From contig JALCBJ010000016.1 of assembly GCA_028066595.1 (NCBI GenBank), forward strand, positions 23,085 through 87,084: a stretch of 64,000 nucleotides of DNA, in the 5' to 3' direction. Positions within the stretch are counted from its first letter, which is position 1, and every line of letters begins with the position of its first letter. The translations under genes and the position numbers were made by a program. The notes beneath the pieces are model-generated. The model was given only the letters and a program-made list of their open reading frames with translations, was not told the DNA's origin and did no database searches. The stretch comes from Thermoanaerobaculia bacterium (GTDB taxonomy: Bacteria; Acidobacteriota; Thermoanaerobaculia; Multivoradales; J023). Positions 47,703 to 58,237 of this stretch are shown piece after piece.

Positions 47703-48812
47703 TCACCAGGCCCGAGGATCGAGATCAACTGGCAACGGCGTCAGATTGTCCAGCCCGTCCTCGGTCACGACATAAGTGTTCTCGAGGCGCACTCCCCACC
47801 CGGTTCCTGCCGGGCTGGGCTCATAGAGCCCAGGTTCCAACGTGATCACGTCTCCGACCTCCAGCCGGCCTTCCGGCTCGCACACGTAGCGTCGGAAGGA
47901 AGGGAGCTCGTGGAGCTCCAAACCCAAACCATGACCCAGCCCATGGACGTAGCCGCGCTCGGTCCCGGGTTGGTACAACGACGTGGGCCAGCCCAGGCGT
48001 CGGAAGTGCTCGCAGATCTTCTCTTGGACGTCGAATCCGAATGCGTCGGGCCGAGCGTTCTTTTCAGCGAGACGCAAGGCCTCCTCGACCTGATGGTGAG
48101 CTTCGCGTAGAGCCGGATCCGGCGTACCGACACAGAACGTACGTGTGCAGTCGACGTAGGCGAAGCCACGGGGAAACAGATCGACTACCAGACTCTCTCC
48201 CTCTCGGATCACGCGCTCGTCGGTACCCAAGCTGTGGGGGATCGCGCCCTCTTCTGCTGGAGCGATGATGTTTCGATCCGGCTGACTCAGATCGAACGCG
48301 GCGAGCTGTCGCGCGATCAGCGACCGGAGGCGACCCACCGTCAAGGGTTCGCCGTCTCGTGTCAGCTCCCCCGACGCCATGACGTCGGCGGTCGCCAGAC
48401 ACCGGGCGACGGAACGGAATGCCGTGTTGACTCCGGCGGCAGCGCGCCGGATCTCTCGGAGAATCCGATGGGTCTTGCGCTTCCGGATCCGGGCAGCGAT
48501 CGTCTCACCGGCGATGAAGCTCCACCCTTCATCTAACAGGCTGCGACACGTGCTTTCCACGACGCCCGCAGACAAGGAACCAGCCAGAGCCAGAGGCCCT
48601 GGTTCGACTTCGCACAAGTGCAGGGCTCTCTGTAGAACCGCAAACCACAGATCGGCACCGTCGGCGCCATCACGGGTCCAACGCCCAACGTCGAGGGCAT
48701 CTGGATCGAGCAACTCCAGGGAGCCCAGCTCCGCCTCGCCGCGCTCCATTGGATTCAAGAATCCCAACCTCGCCGCCGCCCCAACAGGAGCGACGACGAA
48801 GCACGGCGCCAA
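47703..48812 (-). CDS. M24 family Xaa-Pro aminopeptidase / prolidase
   Basis: Pita-bread fold metal ligands: DVQEKICEHF region, HGLGHGLGLELHE, VITLEPGLY. Start uncertain (possibly MERGEAEL near 48749). Confidence 0.7.
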   Translation of the reverse strand: MAPCFVVAPVGAAARLGFLNPMERGEAELGSLELLDPDALDVGRWTRDGADGADLWFAVLQRALHLCEVEPGPLALAGSLSAGVVESTCRSLLDEGWSFIAGETIAARIRKRKTHRILREIRRAAAGVNTAFRSVARCLATADVMASGELTRDGEPLTVGRLRSLIARQLAAFDLSQPDRNIIAPAEEGAIPHSLGTDERVIREGESLVVDLFPRGFAYVDCTRTFCVGTPDPALREAHHQVEEALRLAEKNARPDAFGFDVQEKICEHFRRLGWPTSLYQPGTERGYVHGLGHGLGLELHELPSFRRYVCEPEGRLEVGDVITLEPGLYEPSPAGTGWGVRLENTYVVTEDGLDNLTPLPVDLDPRAW

Positions 48813-48975
48813 ACGACCGGATCCGGCGAAAAGTGCAGTGGCCGGATCGAGGCTCGAGGCAGAGAGAACCAGAAGCGCTCGGCAGCCTGATTCACGGAGC
48901 AGGTGATCGAGCAGGTCCTGGTCGTAGGGTTCGGTCCCCGAGTCGTCGGCCGCCCTTCCGGGTACCGCGTGGGCC

Positions 48976-49311
48976 TCAGGCGGCTTCGAGATGACGGCTC
49001 AAGAAGCTCTCGAACGCGCTCTTGGGCATCGCGCCCATCATTCGGTCGACCACTTCTCCGTTCTGGAACAGAAGGAATGTCGGGATGCTCTGCACGTTGT
49101 ACTGCACTGCCAAGTCCTGATGGGAGTCGATGTCCAACTTGGCGATCTTCACCTGCCCGTCCATATCGTCTGCCAGTTCCTCGAGAATCGGGGCGACCAT
49201 GCGGCACGGTCCGCACCACTGCGCCCAGAAGTCCACCAGTACCGGCCCTTCGCTGGAAATCGTGTCCTGGAAGTTGCTGCCGTCGAGTTCGATGATGCGG
49301 TCGCTGGCCAT
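48976..49311 (-). CDS. trxA: thioredoxin
   Basis: 111 aa with FWAQWCGPCRMVAP active site. Confidence 0.92.
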   Translation of the reverse strand: MASDRIIELDGSNFQDTISSEGPVLVDFWAQWCGPCRMVAPILEELADDMDGQVKIAKLDIDSHQDLAVQYNVQSIPTFLLFQNGEVVDRMMGAMPKSAFESFLSRHLEAA

Positions 49312-49407
49312 GGAATTCTCCTGTTCTAGATACGGACGATGTATGAGAAAGAAATCGTTTGTGAGTGTTGTGGATTGGGAGCTGCCCGAGCTGTCGGCCG
49401 CAGGTCC

Positions 49408-50397
49408 TTAGACGTCGGCGCCGGCATCTGCCAGCAGCCCTCCTTCCTGTAAACGCCGGCGGGTGGCAAAAAATTCGCGAGTGGTCTCGACGTCCCGGGC
49501 GATCTGAGCCGACAGGTCCATCACGCTCGGAAAAAGTTTCTCCGCACGCAAGCGCTTGTAGAAGAGCAGCTCCACGGTCTCCCCATATACGTCAGCAGAG
49601 AACCCGAGGATGTGGCTTTCCACTACCCGGGTATAGTTCTCGTACACGGTGGGTCGGGTACCGACGTTGGTGACGCAGTCGAACGTCGCAGGCATGGACG
49701 GAAAACGAACGCGACAAGCGTAGACGCCGTCCGACGGCAGATGCTCGTTCTCCGGTTGCACGTTGATGGTCGGCCAGCCGAGACGTTTCCCCATCCGGTC
49801 GCCGCGGACGATCTCGCCGCAGATGGAATAGGGTCTTCCCAGCAGGTCCATGGCCTTCTCCACGTCCCCCTCCCGGATCGCCTGCCGGATTCTGGTGGAA
49901 GACACTACTTCGCCATGAAAGGTCACCGCGGGTATTCCGTGCGCTTCGAATCCGAGTTCTTCGCCGATCTCTTCGAGCAGGTCGATGTCGCCCTCGCGAT
50001 CCCGACCGAAGACGAAGTCCTCTCCGACGTACACCTCCTCCACCGCCAGCCTGCGGTGCAGGAACTCCCGCACGAAAGAATCCGCCGTGGTCTCGGCGAA
50101 CTCTCGGGTGAATCGAACGACCAGCAGCGCATCGAGTCCTGCCGCCGCGAGAAGCTCCTCACGCTGACGATCGAGGGTCAGACGCGGCGGCGTCTCGTCC
50201 GGACGCAGCACCGAGACCGGATGGGGATCGAACGTGAGAACCACTCCTTGGGAACCACGCTCCCGCCCTCGCTGCACTACTTTCTCGACTACGCTCCGCT
50301 GGCCTAGGTGGATGCCGTCGTAGTTGCCGATGGTCAGAACGCAACCATAGGGCAGGTCCGGCGACCGCAGGGCGTCCTGGATCACTTGCATGGTCAT
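49408..50397 (-). CDS. ribF: bifunctional riboflavin kinase / FAD synthetase
   Basis: N-terminal FMN adenylyltransferase (LTIGNYDGIHLGQRSVV) and C-terminal riboflavin kinase (GRPYSICGEIVRGDRMGKRLGWPTINV). Confidence 0.85.
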   Translation of the reverse strand: MTMQVIQDALRSPDLPYGCVLTIGNYDGIHLGQRSVVEKVVQRGRERGSQGVVLTFDPHPVSVLRPDETPPRLTLDRQREELLAAAGLDALLVVRFTREFAETTADSFVREFLHRRLAVEEVYVGEDFVFGRDREGDIDLLEEIGEELGFEAHGIPAVTFHGEVVSSTRIRQAIREGDVEKAMDLLGRPYSICGEIVRGDRMGKRLGWPTINVQPENEHLPSDGVYACRVRFPSMPATFDCVTNVGTRPTVYENYTRVVESHILGFSADVYGETVELLFYKRLRAEKLFPSVMDLSAQIARDVETTREFFATRRRLQEGGLLADAGADV

Positions 50398-50406
50398 GGA
50401 CGAACG

Positions 50407-51864
50407 TCAGCGGCCTGGCGCGACGATCTCCTCGTCCACCGCGGCACGGGTATTCATGGCCGCTCGGATGAGCTCGGCCGACTCGGCGGGCACGACACCC
50501 GCTACGCCCGCTGGGCCGACGATGTGGCCGACCAGATCATCGGCGAAGGCCTCGGAGATCTCCACGTCGACCAAGGTGCCGGCGGGCGCCGCTCCATCGT
50601 TGATCAGTAGCCTTCCATCGATGTCGGGTGCCATGCCGTGGTGACGTCCCTGGAGAAGGTGGTCCGTTTCCTCGCACACGCCCTCCACCAGAACCTTCAT
50701 GGTTCGGCCGACCAGGCGGCGACGACGTTCCAGAGAGATGGGTTCCTGGACTTCCAATAGCTCCTCGTATCGGCGTCGGGCCTTGGTTCGGGGCACTCTT
50801 TCGGGGAGCTCGGCTGAGGGAGTACCTTCTTCCGGGCTGAAGACGAAACCTCCGAGATGATCGAAACGAGCTTCCCGAACGAAGTCAACGAGATGCCGGA
50901 AATGTCGCTCCTTCTCCCCCGGAAACCCAACGATGAAGGTGGAGCGAAGAAATACGTCCGACGCCGCCGTACGCGCTTTCTCCAGTTGTCTGAGATAGCG
51001 CTCGGCCCGGCCACCGCGACGCATTGCCTTGAGCATCTCCGGGTGGCTGTGCTGCAACGGCATGTCGATATAGGAACAGAAACGCTCTTCCTGCCCCATC
51101 AAACGCATCAACTCGTCGTCGAGGGTCGTCGGATAGGCGTAGAGAAAGCGGATCCACGGGATCTCGGTCTCTGCCAACAGGCGTTCGACCAAACGGGTCA
51201 GACCGTGCTTTCCATAGTCGAGATCTTCCCCGTACCGAGTGGTGTCTTGAGCCACGAGACAGAGCTCGGCGACTCCCATGGCCGCCAGGTTTTTGGCTTC
51301 TTCCACCAAGCTGTCGAAGGTGCGACTTCGGAACTTGCCTCGCCACTTGGGGATGGCGCAGAAGGTACAGGGGTTGTTGCATCCCTCGGCGACCTTGAGG
51401 TACGCATAGCCTCGCGTCGTGAGCGTCCGCGGAGCCTGGTGGTCGAAGACCATGTGACTCTGGCTCGGTACCGGCGCTTCTGCGCCTCCCATCTGCACGA
51501 GAGAACCTACGTCGCGTAGCTGGTCGAGAGAGACGAAGCCATCGATCTCCGGGATCTCCTCCCGCAACTCCTGTCCATAGCGGTTCACCATACAGCCGGC
51601 TACTAGCAAGCTTCCCACTCCGCCTTCGGCTTTTCGTCGAGCGACGTCCAAGATCGCCTCGATCGACTCTTCCTTGGCCTCGTCGATGAAGCCACAGGTG
51701 TTGACGATCACAGTGTCGGCGCCGTCAGCTTCGTGGACGATCTCGTAGCCTTCGCGTCCCAACTCACCTAGCATGATCTCTGAGTCAACCCGATTCTTCG
51801 GGCAGCCCAGGCTGATCATGCCGACACGTGTCGACTTGGGTCCGGCTTGACCTCGTGAGCTCAT
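50407..51864 (-). CDS. rimO: ribosomal protein S12 methylthiotransferase RimO
   Basis: Start MSSRGQAGPKSTRVGMISLGCPKNRVDSE aligns with the RimO N-terminus. Radical-SAM CNNPCTFC. TRAM domain. About 60-aa C-terminal extension. Confidence 0.8.
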   Translation of the reverse strand: MSSRGQAGPKSTRVGMISLGCPKNRVDSEIMLGELGREGYEIVHEADGADTVIVNTCGFIDEAKEESIEAILDVARRKAEGGVGSLLVAGCMVNRYGQELREEIPEIDGFVSLDQLRDVGSLVQMGGAEAPVPSQSHMVFDHQAPRTLTTRGYAYLKVAEGCNNPCTFCAIPKWRGKFRSRTFDSLVEEAKNLAAMGVAELCLVAQDTTRYGEDLDYGKHGLTRLVERLLAETEIPWIRFLYAYPTTLDDELMRLMGQEERFCSYIDMPLQHSHPEMLKAMRRGGRAERYLRQLEKARTAASDVFLRSTFIVGFPGEKERHFRHLVDFVREARFDHLGGFVFSPEEGTPSAELPERVPRTKARRRYEELLEVQEPISLERRRRLVGRTMKVLVEGVCEETDHLLQGRHHGMAPDIDGRLLINDGAAPAGTLVDVEISEAFADDLVGHIVGPAGVAGVVPAESAELIRAAMNTRAAVDEEIVAPGR

Positions 51865-51910
51865 TCTCGTGGCCTGTGCAGATCGTGCAGAAAAGGCTGC
51901 GGGCTTCGGC

Positions 51911-51939
51911 GGGGCGGGGCGGGGCGGAACGGGGCGAGG
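51911..51939. repeat. G-rich pentamer tract (GGGGC)3-GGAAC-GGGGC
   Basis: ggggcggggcggggcggaacggggcgagg, 47-75 nt upstream of the rimO start and C-rich on the rimO coding strand. Confidence 0.5.
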
Positions 51940-52075
51940 TCCCGCTCCGGCTGGAGAACGCGATGATAGCAGACACTCCAACGGTAATCCGCTTCATTGC
52001 TGGGCATGCGACCGAGGCTCCAGCGCACCGATAGTCCGGCCTGCCTATAATAGCGCTCGATCGCGCATCCGACAT

Positions 52076-52105
52076 CTGCCCTCCACTTCTGCCCTCCACT
52101 TCTGC
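52076..52105. repeat. 13-nt direct tandem repeat (ctgccctccactt x2 plus a partial third copy)
   Basis: ctgccctccactt ctgccctccactt ctgc lies immediately upstream of the M1 aminopeptidase start. A perfect TATAAT hexamer sits at 52045-52050. Confidence 0.5.
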
Positions 52106-52123
52106 ACGTCAACCGAAGGATCG

Positions 52124-54031
52124 ATGATGAACCCCCGCACGCGCCTTGCCATGGTATCCCTCGCCTGCCTTGCGGGCCTTGCCTGCTCGCCGCAGGACCC
52201 AGCCGATTCGGGCAGTACCTCCGACCAGGCATCGCCTGTCTCTTCGGAAGACGACAGGACCGACGTGCATTCCTACGCTCGACCCGCCGAGGTAGCGGTG
52301 AGGCACCTCGATCTCGACCTCGATGTCGACTTCGAGTCCCATCGCCTCAGGGGAACCGCTACCTTGGACTTGACCCGCCATGGCAACGTGTCCGAGGTCG
52401 TGCTCGACGCCCGGGATCTGACCATCGAATCGGTGCAGGCCAATGGATCCGATCTTCAATGGTCGCTGGGTGAGTCCAAGCCGTATTTGGGCGCACCCCT
52501 GACGGTGCAACTGCCGGACGGCGCCGATCGGATCTCCATCCGATATGCCACAGATCCGGCTGCCGCGGCCCTCCAGTGGCTGGCTCCGGAACAGACCGCC
52601 GGCGGTGAGCATCCCTTCCTCCTGTCTCAAAGCCAGGCCATTCTCGCCCGTACCTGGGTCCCCTGTCAGGACACACCGGCCGTTCGATTCACCTACTCCG
52701 CAACACTACGCGTTCCGCCGGGATTGCTCGCCCTGATGAGCGCCGAGAATCCAGCCGAGCCGTCAACCGACGGTGTCTATTCCTTCGAGATGCCACAGCC
52801 GATTCCCTCGTACCTGCTAGCGATCGCAGCCGGAGATCTGGAATTCCGATCGCTGGGAGAGCGCGCTGGTGTGTACGCCGAGCCACCCTTGGCCGACGCG
52901 GCGGCCTACGAGTTCGAAGACACGTCGGAAATGATCGACGCGGTGGAGGCGCTCTACGGCCCGTACCGTTGGGGACGCTACGACTTGCTCGTTCTACCCC
53001 CGTCCTTTCCTTTCGGCGGTATGGAGAACCCCAGGCTTACCTTCCTGACGCCCACAGTCATCGCCGGCGACAAGTCTCTGGTGGCGCTCATCGCCCATGA
53101 GCTCGCACACTCCTGGTCCGGCAACCTCGTGACCAACGCCACCTGGGACGACTTCTGGCTCAACGAGGGCTTCACGGTCTACCTCGAGCAGCGCATCATG
53201 GAGGCTTTGCGTGGCAAGGAGTACGCCGACATGTTGGCGCTTCTGGGTCGCCAGGATCTGAAGAGCACCATCGACGATCTTCCGGCCGAGGACACCCATC
53301 TCCATCTGTCGCTCGCAGGTCGCGATCCCGACGAGGGAATGACCGACATCGCATACGAGAAGGGACGTTTCTTCTTGCGGATGATCGAGGAGCAGGTTGG
53401 CCGCGAGCGTTTCGACACATTCCTCCAGAATTGGTTCGAAAGCCACGCCTTCCAATCGGTCACGACGGCGCAGTTCGTCGACTATCTGGAGGAGAACCTG
53501 ATCGCCGGCGACAAGGAGCTAGCGGAGAAGCTGCAAGTCGAGGCATGGGTCTACGGTCCCGGTTTGCCGCAGAATGCTCCGCGGGTCGAAAGCCGCGCAT
53601 TTACCGAAGTCGCGGCACAGATGGCGAGTTGGCTCTCTGGCCGCGCCCGAATCGCGGATCTGGAGGCGAACGATTGGACGACGCACGAGTGGCTCCATTT
53701 CCTTCGCGGTCTTCCGGAGGATCTCGATGCCGAACAGATGCGGGAGCTCGACCAACAGTTCAACCTGACGTCCACGGGCAACTCCGAAATCCTCCATGCG
53801 TGGCTGCACCATGTCATCGCCCGGAACTATGAGCCGGGATATCAGGCATTGGAGGACTTCCTCACCGGGATGGGTCGTCGCAAGTTCCTCAAGCCCCTCT
53901 ACGAACGGATGGCCAAAGACGAGCAGATGAAACAGCGGGCGGCGGCTATCTACGCCCAAGCTCGCCCCGGGTACCATGCAGTGTCCACGGCAACGATCGA
54001 CGAGATCCTGGGTTGGACCGGAGAGAGCTGA
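52124..54031 (+). CDS. M1 family zinc aminopeptidase (LTA4 hydrolase / aminopeptidase-N-like) lipoprotein
   Basis: Start MMNPRTRLAMVSLACLAGLACSP (lipobox LAC). GAMEN motif FGGMEN. HEXXH-18-E motif HELAHSWSGNLVTNATWDDFWLNEGFTVY. The track ORF start at 51869 is an upstream artefact. Confidence 0.8.
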   Translation: MMNPRTRLAMVSLACLAGLACSPQDPADSGSTSDQASPVSSEDDRTDVHSYARPAEVAVRHLDLDLDVDFESHRLRGTATLDLTRHGNVSEVVLDARDLTIESVQANGSDLQWSLGESKPYLGAPLTVQLPDGADRISIRYATDPAAAALQWLAPEQTAGGEHPFLLSQSQAILARTWVPCQDTPAVRFTYSATLRVPPGLLALMSAENPAEPSTDGVYSFEMPQPIPSYLLAIAAGDLEFRSLGERAGVYAEPPLADAAAYEFEDTSEMIDAVEALYGPYRWGRYDLLVLPPSFPFGGMENPRLTFLTPTVIAGDKSLVALIAHELAHSWSGNLVTNATWDDFWLNEGFTVYLEQRIMEALRGKEYADMLALLGRQDLKSTIDDLPAEDTHLHLSLAGRDPDEGMTDIAYEKGRFFLRMIEEQVGRERFDTFLQNWFESHAFQSVTTAQFVDYLEENLIAGDKELAEKLQVEAWVYGPGLPQNAPRVESRAFTEVAAQMASWLSGRARIADLEANDWTTHEWLHFLRGLPEDLDAEQMRELDQQFNLTSTGNSEILHAWLHHVIARNYEPGYQALEDFLTGMGRRKFLKPLYERMAKDEQMKQRAAAIYAQARPGYHAVSTATIDEILGWTGES

Positions 54032-54094
54032 GGCCAGGCTAGAGAAGATCCGCCGCGTCCCGATCTGGCGCGGTCCTCGTAGTCCGGAGGCGGG

Positions 54095-55111
54095 TCAGTC
54101 CGGTTTCGCTGTCGAGGCTCGATCGTGCGGTCTCGGCAGCATCACGAATCCGACCCCTGCCAGGACCAAGCCTGCGCCCAACAGGCTCTGGACCGTCAGC
54201 GGCTCGTCGAGAAAGGCCACACCCAACCACACGGCGACCACTGGAGTGGCAAAGGTGATCAAACTCAGCCGGATGGCACTGACGCGCTCCATGAGCCAGT
54301 AGTAGAGGCCGAAAGCGCCAGCGGTGGCGGGAACACCCAGGTAGACGACCGCTGCGACAGCCGGCCAAGTGGGCGTGATCGTGTGGTCTGTACCCGGCCC
54401 GAATTCCCAAAGGGCCGAAAGGCCCAGCATGAGAAAGGCTGCCGCTCCCACAGGCGGGCCGGTGAGGAGCAACGGACTGAAGCCCCTGCCCCAGCGCTTG
54501 ATCCAGACTTGGTTGACGGCCGCGCTGAGAGGAGAGATCAGCGTGAAGGCTGCCGCGAAGGCGACCCCCGGCCCGCCAAGCCCTGACCAGTCCGTGGAGA
54601 AGATCACTGCGACTCCGCCGAAACCCAGGAAGAGTCCGATGACCCCGAGGAGCCCCAGGCGCTCCTCGGGAAGCACGAAGTAACCCAGCACCGCAACCCA
54701 CAGCGGAAACGTGGCGAAGAAGACCGCTACGAGACCGGACGGTACCCACTGCTCCGCCCAATAGGTGATGCCGTACGCAACGCTGAATGCAAAGAACGTC
54801 TGACTGAGCCAGAGGCCCCATAGCCGCGGTGTCGGACGTTGCCACTCATGGCGCCACACGAGGGCGGCGCACAGGATCGCGGAGCCGAGGAAGAACCGAA
54901 GCGACAGTCCGAAGAGCGGCGGAAAGCCCTCCAGGCTGAAGGTGATTGCACCCCAGGTCGTGCCCCAAACCAGGATCAGGAAGGCGAAGACCGCCGCCAA
55001 CAGGCCTCTGCCTGGAGACGACCAACTCAACTTCAGGCTCGCATGGATTCCCTGGCCGCCCAGGATCTGATCCAAAACGGAGCGACGCGACGAAGACTGT
55101 TCCGGGAGCAT
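54095..55111 (-). CDS. EamA/DMT-family transporter
   Basis: Ten predicted TM helices with two EamA repeats (WGTTWGAITFSLEGF ; LTGPPVGAAAFLMLGL). Start probably MLPEQSSS. Confidence 0.65.
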   Translation of the reverse strand: MLPEQSSSRRSVLDQILGGQGIHASLKLSWSSPGRGLLAAVFAFLILVWGTTWGAITFSLEGFPPLFGLSLRFFLGSAILCAALVWRHEWQRPTPRLWGLWLSQTFFAFSVAYGITYWAEQWVPSGLVAVFFATFPLWVAVLGYFVLPEERLGLLGVIGLFLGFGGVAVIFSTDWSGLGGPGVAFAAAFTLISPLSAAVNQVWIKRWGRGFSPLLLTGPPVGAAAFLMLGLSALWEFGPGTDHTITPTWPAVAAVVYLGVPATAGAFGLYYWLMERVSAIRLSLITFATPVVAVWLGVAFLDEPLTVQSLLGAGLVLAGVGFVMLPRPHDRASTAKPD

Positions 55112-55216
55112 GATACATGCGGCTCTGAGATCGCAGAGAGATTCAGAAAACGGCCCGCGGCCCTCGGCCAGCCGTCGACCCATGCCCTTTGCAACGCCCA
55201 GTTCACTCGATGGTCC

Positions 55217-56548
55217 TCAGGGATAGATCTTGTAGAGCATGCGCGGGTACGGAATCGTCTCGCGTAGGTGTGGAATGCCACACATCCACGCTACGCATCG
55301 CTCGATACCCATACCGAAGCCCGAATGAGGATAGGAACCATACTTCCGCACGTCGAGATACCACTGGAAGGCCTCCAGCGGAAGATCGTGCTCCTGGATC
55401 CTCTGCAGCAATAGATCGTGATCGTGGATACGCTGGCTACCGCCGATGATCTCGCCGTACCCCTCGGGAGCCAACAAATCCATACCCAGCGCAAGCTTGG
55501 GATCGTCCGCATCGGGCTGCATATAGAAGGCCTTCATCTCGGACGGGAAATGTGTGACGAAGACCGGCCGATCGAATTGGTTGGCGAGTACGGTCTCGTC
55601 CTCTCCTCCGAAGTCGTCGCCCCAGGCGATCTCTTGGCCTTGCTCCTGGAGAATCTCGATTGCCTTCGTGTAAGTGATACGGGGAAACGGTCCAGTGATC
55701 GACTCGATCTTGGCCGGATCGCGCTCCAGCACCCTCAGGTTCTCGCTGCATCGCTCCAGCACACGCTCGGCGATGTACGACACGAAGTCCTCGGCCAGAT
55801 CCTGTAGGCCGTCGAATTCCAAGAACGCGACTTCCGGCTCCACCATCCAGAACTCCATCAGATGACGGCGTGTCTTGGACTTCTCGGCTCGGAACGTCGG
55901 CCCCATGCAGTAGACCTTGCCAAAGGCTGCCGCTGCGGGTTCGAGGTAGAGCTGGCCGCTTTGCGAAAGGAACGCTGGATCACCGAAGTAGTCTGTCTGG
56001 AAGAGAGTCGACGTCCCCTCGCAAGCGTTCGGGGTCAGAATCGGCGAATCGATCAGGATGAACTCACGCTGGTAGAAGAAATCTCGGATCGATTGACAGA
56101 TCTCCGACCGCACCCCAAGGATGGCTCGCTGCTTCGACGAACGAAGCCAGAGATGGCGATGCTCCATGAGAAACGCCGTGCCATGCTCCTTGGGGGTAAT
56201 CGGATACTCCTCCGTCAGGTGGTCGACACGGAATCCGGACGCGTGAAGCTCGACGCCGCCGGGCGCTCGTGGATCGACATTGACCTTGCCGATGGCCGCG
56301 ACGGTCGACTCTTGAGTCGCTTCCAGGATCGCCTCCCAAGCCTCCTCCGAAAGCTCTTTCTTGGAGGCCACCACCTGGACGATGCCGGAGCCGTCCCGCA
56401 CCTGCAGGAACGCGATCTTGCCGCTACGACGCTTGTTCTCGAGCCAGCCCCGTACCGTGACGGATTCTCCTGGATGCTCCTTCAACTGACTGACGCTGAC
56501 GACGGACACGGCGACCTCCGGGCTTTCGGGGAGTTGGCTAGCTTGCAA
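55217..56548 (-). CDS. asnS: asparagine--tRNA ligase
   Basis: 443 aa. N-terminal OB anticodon-binding domain ([26 protein letters not shown]). Class II motifs 2/3 ([14 protein letters not shown]). Confidence 0.85.
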   Translation of the reverse strand: MQASQLPESPEVAVSVVSVSQLKEHPGESVTVRGWLENKRRSGKIAFLQVRDGSGIVQVVASKKELSEEAWEAILEATQESTVAAIGKVNVDPRAPGGVELHASGFRVDHLTEEYPITPKEHGTAFLMEHRHLWLRSSKQRAILGVRSEICQSIRDFFYQREFILIDSPILTPNACEGTSTLFQTDYFGDPAFLSQSGQLYLEPAAAAFGKVYCMGPTFRAEKSKTRRHLMEFWMVEPEVAFLEFDGLQDLAEDFVSYIAERVLERCSENLRVLERDPAKIESITGPFPRITYTKAIEILQEQGQEIAWGDDFGGEDETVLANQFDRPVFVTHFPSEMKAFYMQPDADDPKLALGMDLLAPEGYGEIIGGSQRIHDHDLLLQRIQEHDLPLEAFQWYLDVRKYGSYPHSGFGMGIERCVAWMCGIPHLRETIPYPRMLYKIYP

Positions 56549-56671
56549 CAGCTGGATTCGATTCGGACAGATGACAAAAGCGGGCGTTTGACGCCCGCTT
56601 CTATGGCCTCGCGGATCTGGGGCCTAGGGGATCATAAGAACCCGCCGATCCGCGGTCAAGGTGGCGACGCT

Positions 56672-57352
56672 TCAGCCGGGCCCAACGCCGGGTGACGTGG
56701 ACTCGATATCGACATACCACCGTCCGTCGATGCGGGTCATCAGCAATTCCTCGCCACCAATGGCCGATCTGGCGGTGTCGCCGTCTACGGTCACTGGGCC
56801 GACGTCGTCTGCTTTGAACCGCTCGATCTGCTTCGAGACTTCCTGCTCCGAGACCTCGCTCAAGAAGGTAGCGAGCTCGCCGATCAACTCGGCGGTACAC
56901 AAACCCTTCATCGTATCCTCCAACTCGCCGAATCCTTCGGGCCCTCGCCGCATCATGCGACCCATGGTCTCTTGATCCGGCTGCTCGACACCGTACTTGT
57001 CGAAGATGCTTCCGAGCCACGTCTGCAGCTCGCCTAGATCGGCCTTCTTCTTCGTCGCATCGTCGCCGTCGCTCTCGCCCTGGGAGTTCATGTCGAGGCC
57101 CATCTCTCTCATGGCCAACATCATGGTGGCTCCGATCGTCAAGCCGAGACCGGCCTTCGCCCGATCAGAATCCGAGAGATACCGGGCGAGCTGACCCATG
57201 TCCGCGTCTCGCGCCGCGTCCTGGAGGCCCGCAATCAGAGCTTCCGGTGTCTCGGCGCCGTAGGAAACACCTTGGCAATCGGCGCCGAACCCAGCGGCCG
57301 GCAACAGCAGTGCAACGAGGAGAAAGGAAAGAGCGATGCGAAGACGTGGCAT
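56672..57352 (-). CDS. secreted hypothetical protein
   Basis: Signal peptide MPRLRIALSFLLVALLLPAAGFGA. Acidic, Met/Gly-rich mature part. No recognizable family. Confidence 0.4.
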   Translation of the reverse strand: MPRLRIALSFLLVALLLPAAGFGADCQGVSYGAETPEALIAGLQDAARDADMGQLARYLSDSDRAKAGLGLTIGATMMLAMREMGLDMNSQGESDGDDATKKKADLGELQTWLGSIFDKYGVEQPDQETMGRMMRRGPEGFGELEDTMKGLCTAELIGELATFLSEVSEQEVSKQIERFKADDVGPVTVDGDTARSAIGGEELLMTRIDGRWYVDIESTSPGVGPG

Positions 57353-57391
57353 GGGAGACCTCGATTTGTTTCGATTCGATTGGGGGTGGCT

Positions 57392-57664
57392 TCAGACCTT
57401 GCCGAGGCGGCGGATCGAAGCTACCTGGGAACGATCGACCACCAGGCGATCGTGTTTTTTGAAGACGCCCCATTGCGAAGCCTTCTTCACGTACTCGTCC
57501 TTCGATGTGCCATCCACACCGTCACGGTGTACGTCCACATCTAGAAGCAAGACTCGGTCTTCGAGAATATCGTCGCAACGACCCACATAGATCTCCTCTC
57601 CGTGGGTATCGACAACGACCGTTATGCCGTGGAGCTCATGCTTTCCCTGATGGAAGGTACCCAT
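57392..57664 (-). CDS. small hypothetical protein (90 aa)
   Basis: ORF lies 10 nt downstream of the bacilliredoxin-like gene on the same strand. No recognizable motifs. Confidence 0.3.
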   Translation of the reverse strand: MGTFHQGKHELHGITVVVDTHGEEIYVGRCDDILEDRVLLLDVDVHRDGVDGTSKDEYVKKASQWGVFKKHDRLVVDRSQVASIRRLGKV

Positions 57665-57673
57665 GCCCGACCG

Positions 57674-58075
57674 TCAGCCGCAGTGCTCGGTGAACGCGTC
57701 TTGCAAGTCGTCGGCGACCTGCTCGGCTGTACGCCCCTCGATCCGGTGGCGCGGCAGGAAGAACACCAGCTCACCGTCTTTGAAGAGCGCCATGGACGGG
57801 CTCGACGGTGGCACCTGCGGGAACAGACCACGCGCCCTTGCGGTCGCTTCCTGATCCTGTCCCGCGAAAACCGTGCCGAGGTAGGCCGGCTTGGCCTCGG
57901 AGTTGTCGAGCGCCAGAAGTACGCCGGGGCGAGCCATTCCGGCGGCACAGCCGCAGACCGAGTTGATGACCAACAGGCCGGTCGCATTCCGGTGCCCGTC
58001 CCAGGCATCGACGTCCTCGACGGTCTTGAGTTCATGGAAGCCGGCCACGGTCAATTCTTGGCGCATGGGTTTCAG
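57674..58075 (-). CDS. bacilliredoxin-like protein (YphP/YqiW, DUF1094 family)
   Basis: Start MLKPMRQELTVAGFHELKT. Contains the family-defining CGC redox motif in NSVCGCAAG and the conserved GTVFAGQD region. Confidence 0.6.
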   Translation of the reverse strand: MKPMRQELTVAGFHELKTVEDVDAWDGHRNATGLLVINSVCGCAAGMARPGVLLALDNSEAKPAYLGTVFAGQDQEATARARGLFPQVPPSSPSMALFKDGELVFFLPRHRIEGRTAEQVADDLQDAFTEHCG

Positions 58076-58237
58076 CATCAGCTCGGGATATGGCAAGGCA
58101 AGCCTCCTGTGGAGGTTGATCGATAGGTGTCGAACGGCGGGAAGGTCCAAGCGGACTGCGCTAGGACGCAGGTACCCAAGCTGTAACCCGACCAAGTGCC
58201 AGGGAATTCCCCCGATCGAGGCGTCGATAGCTCGGAT

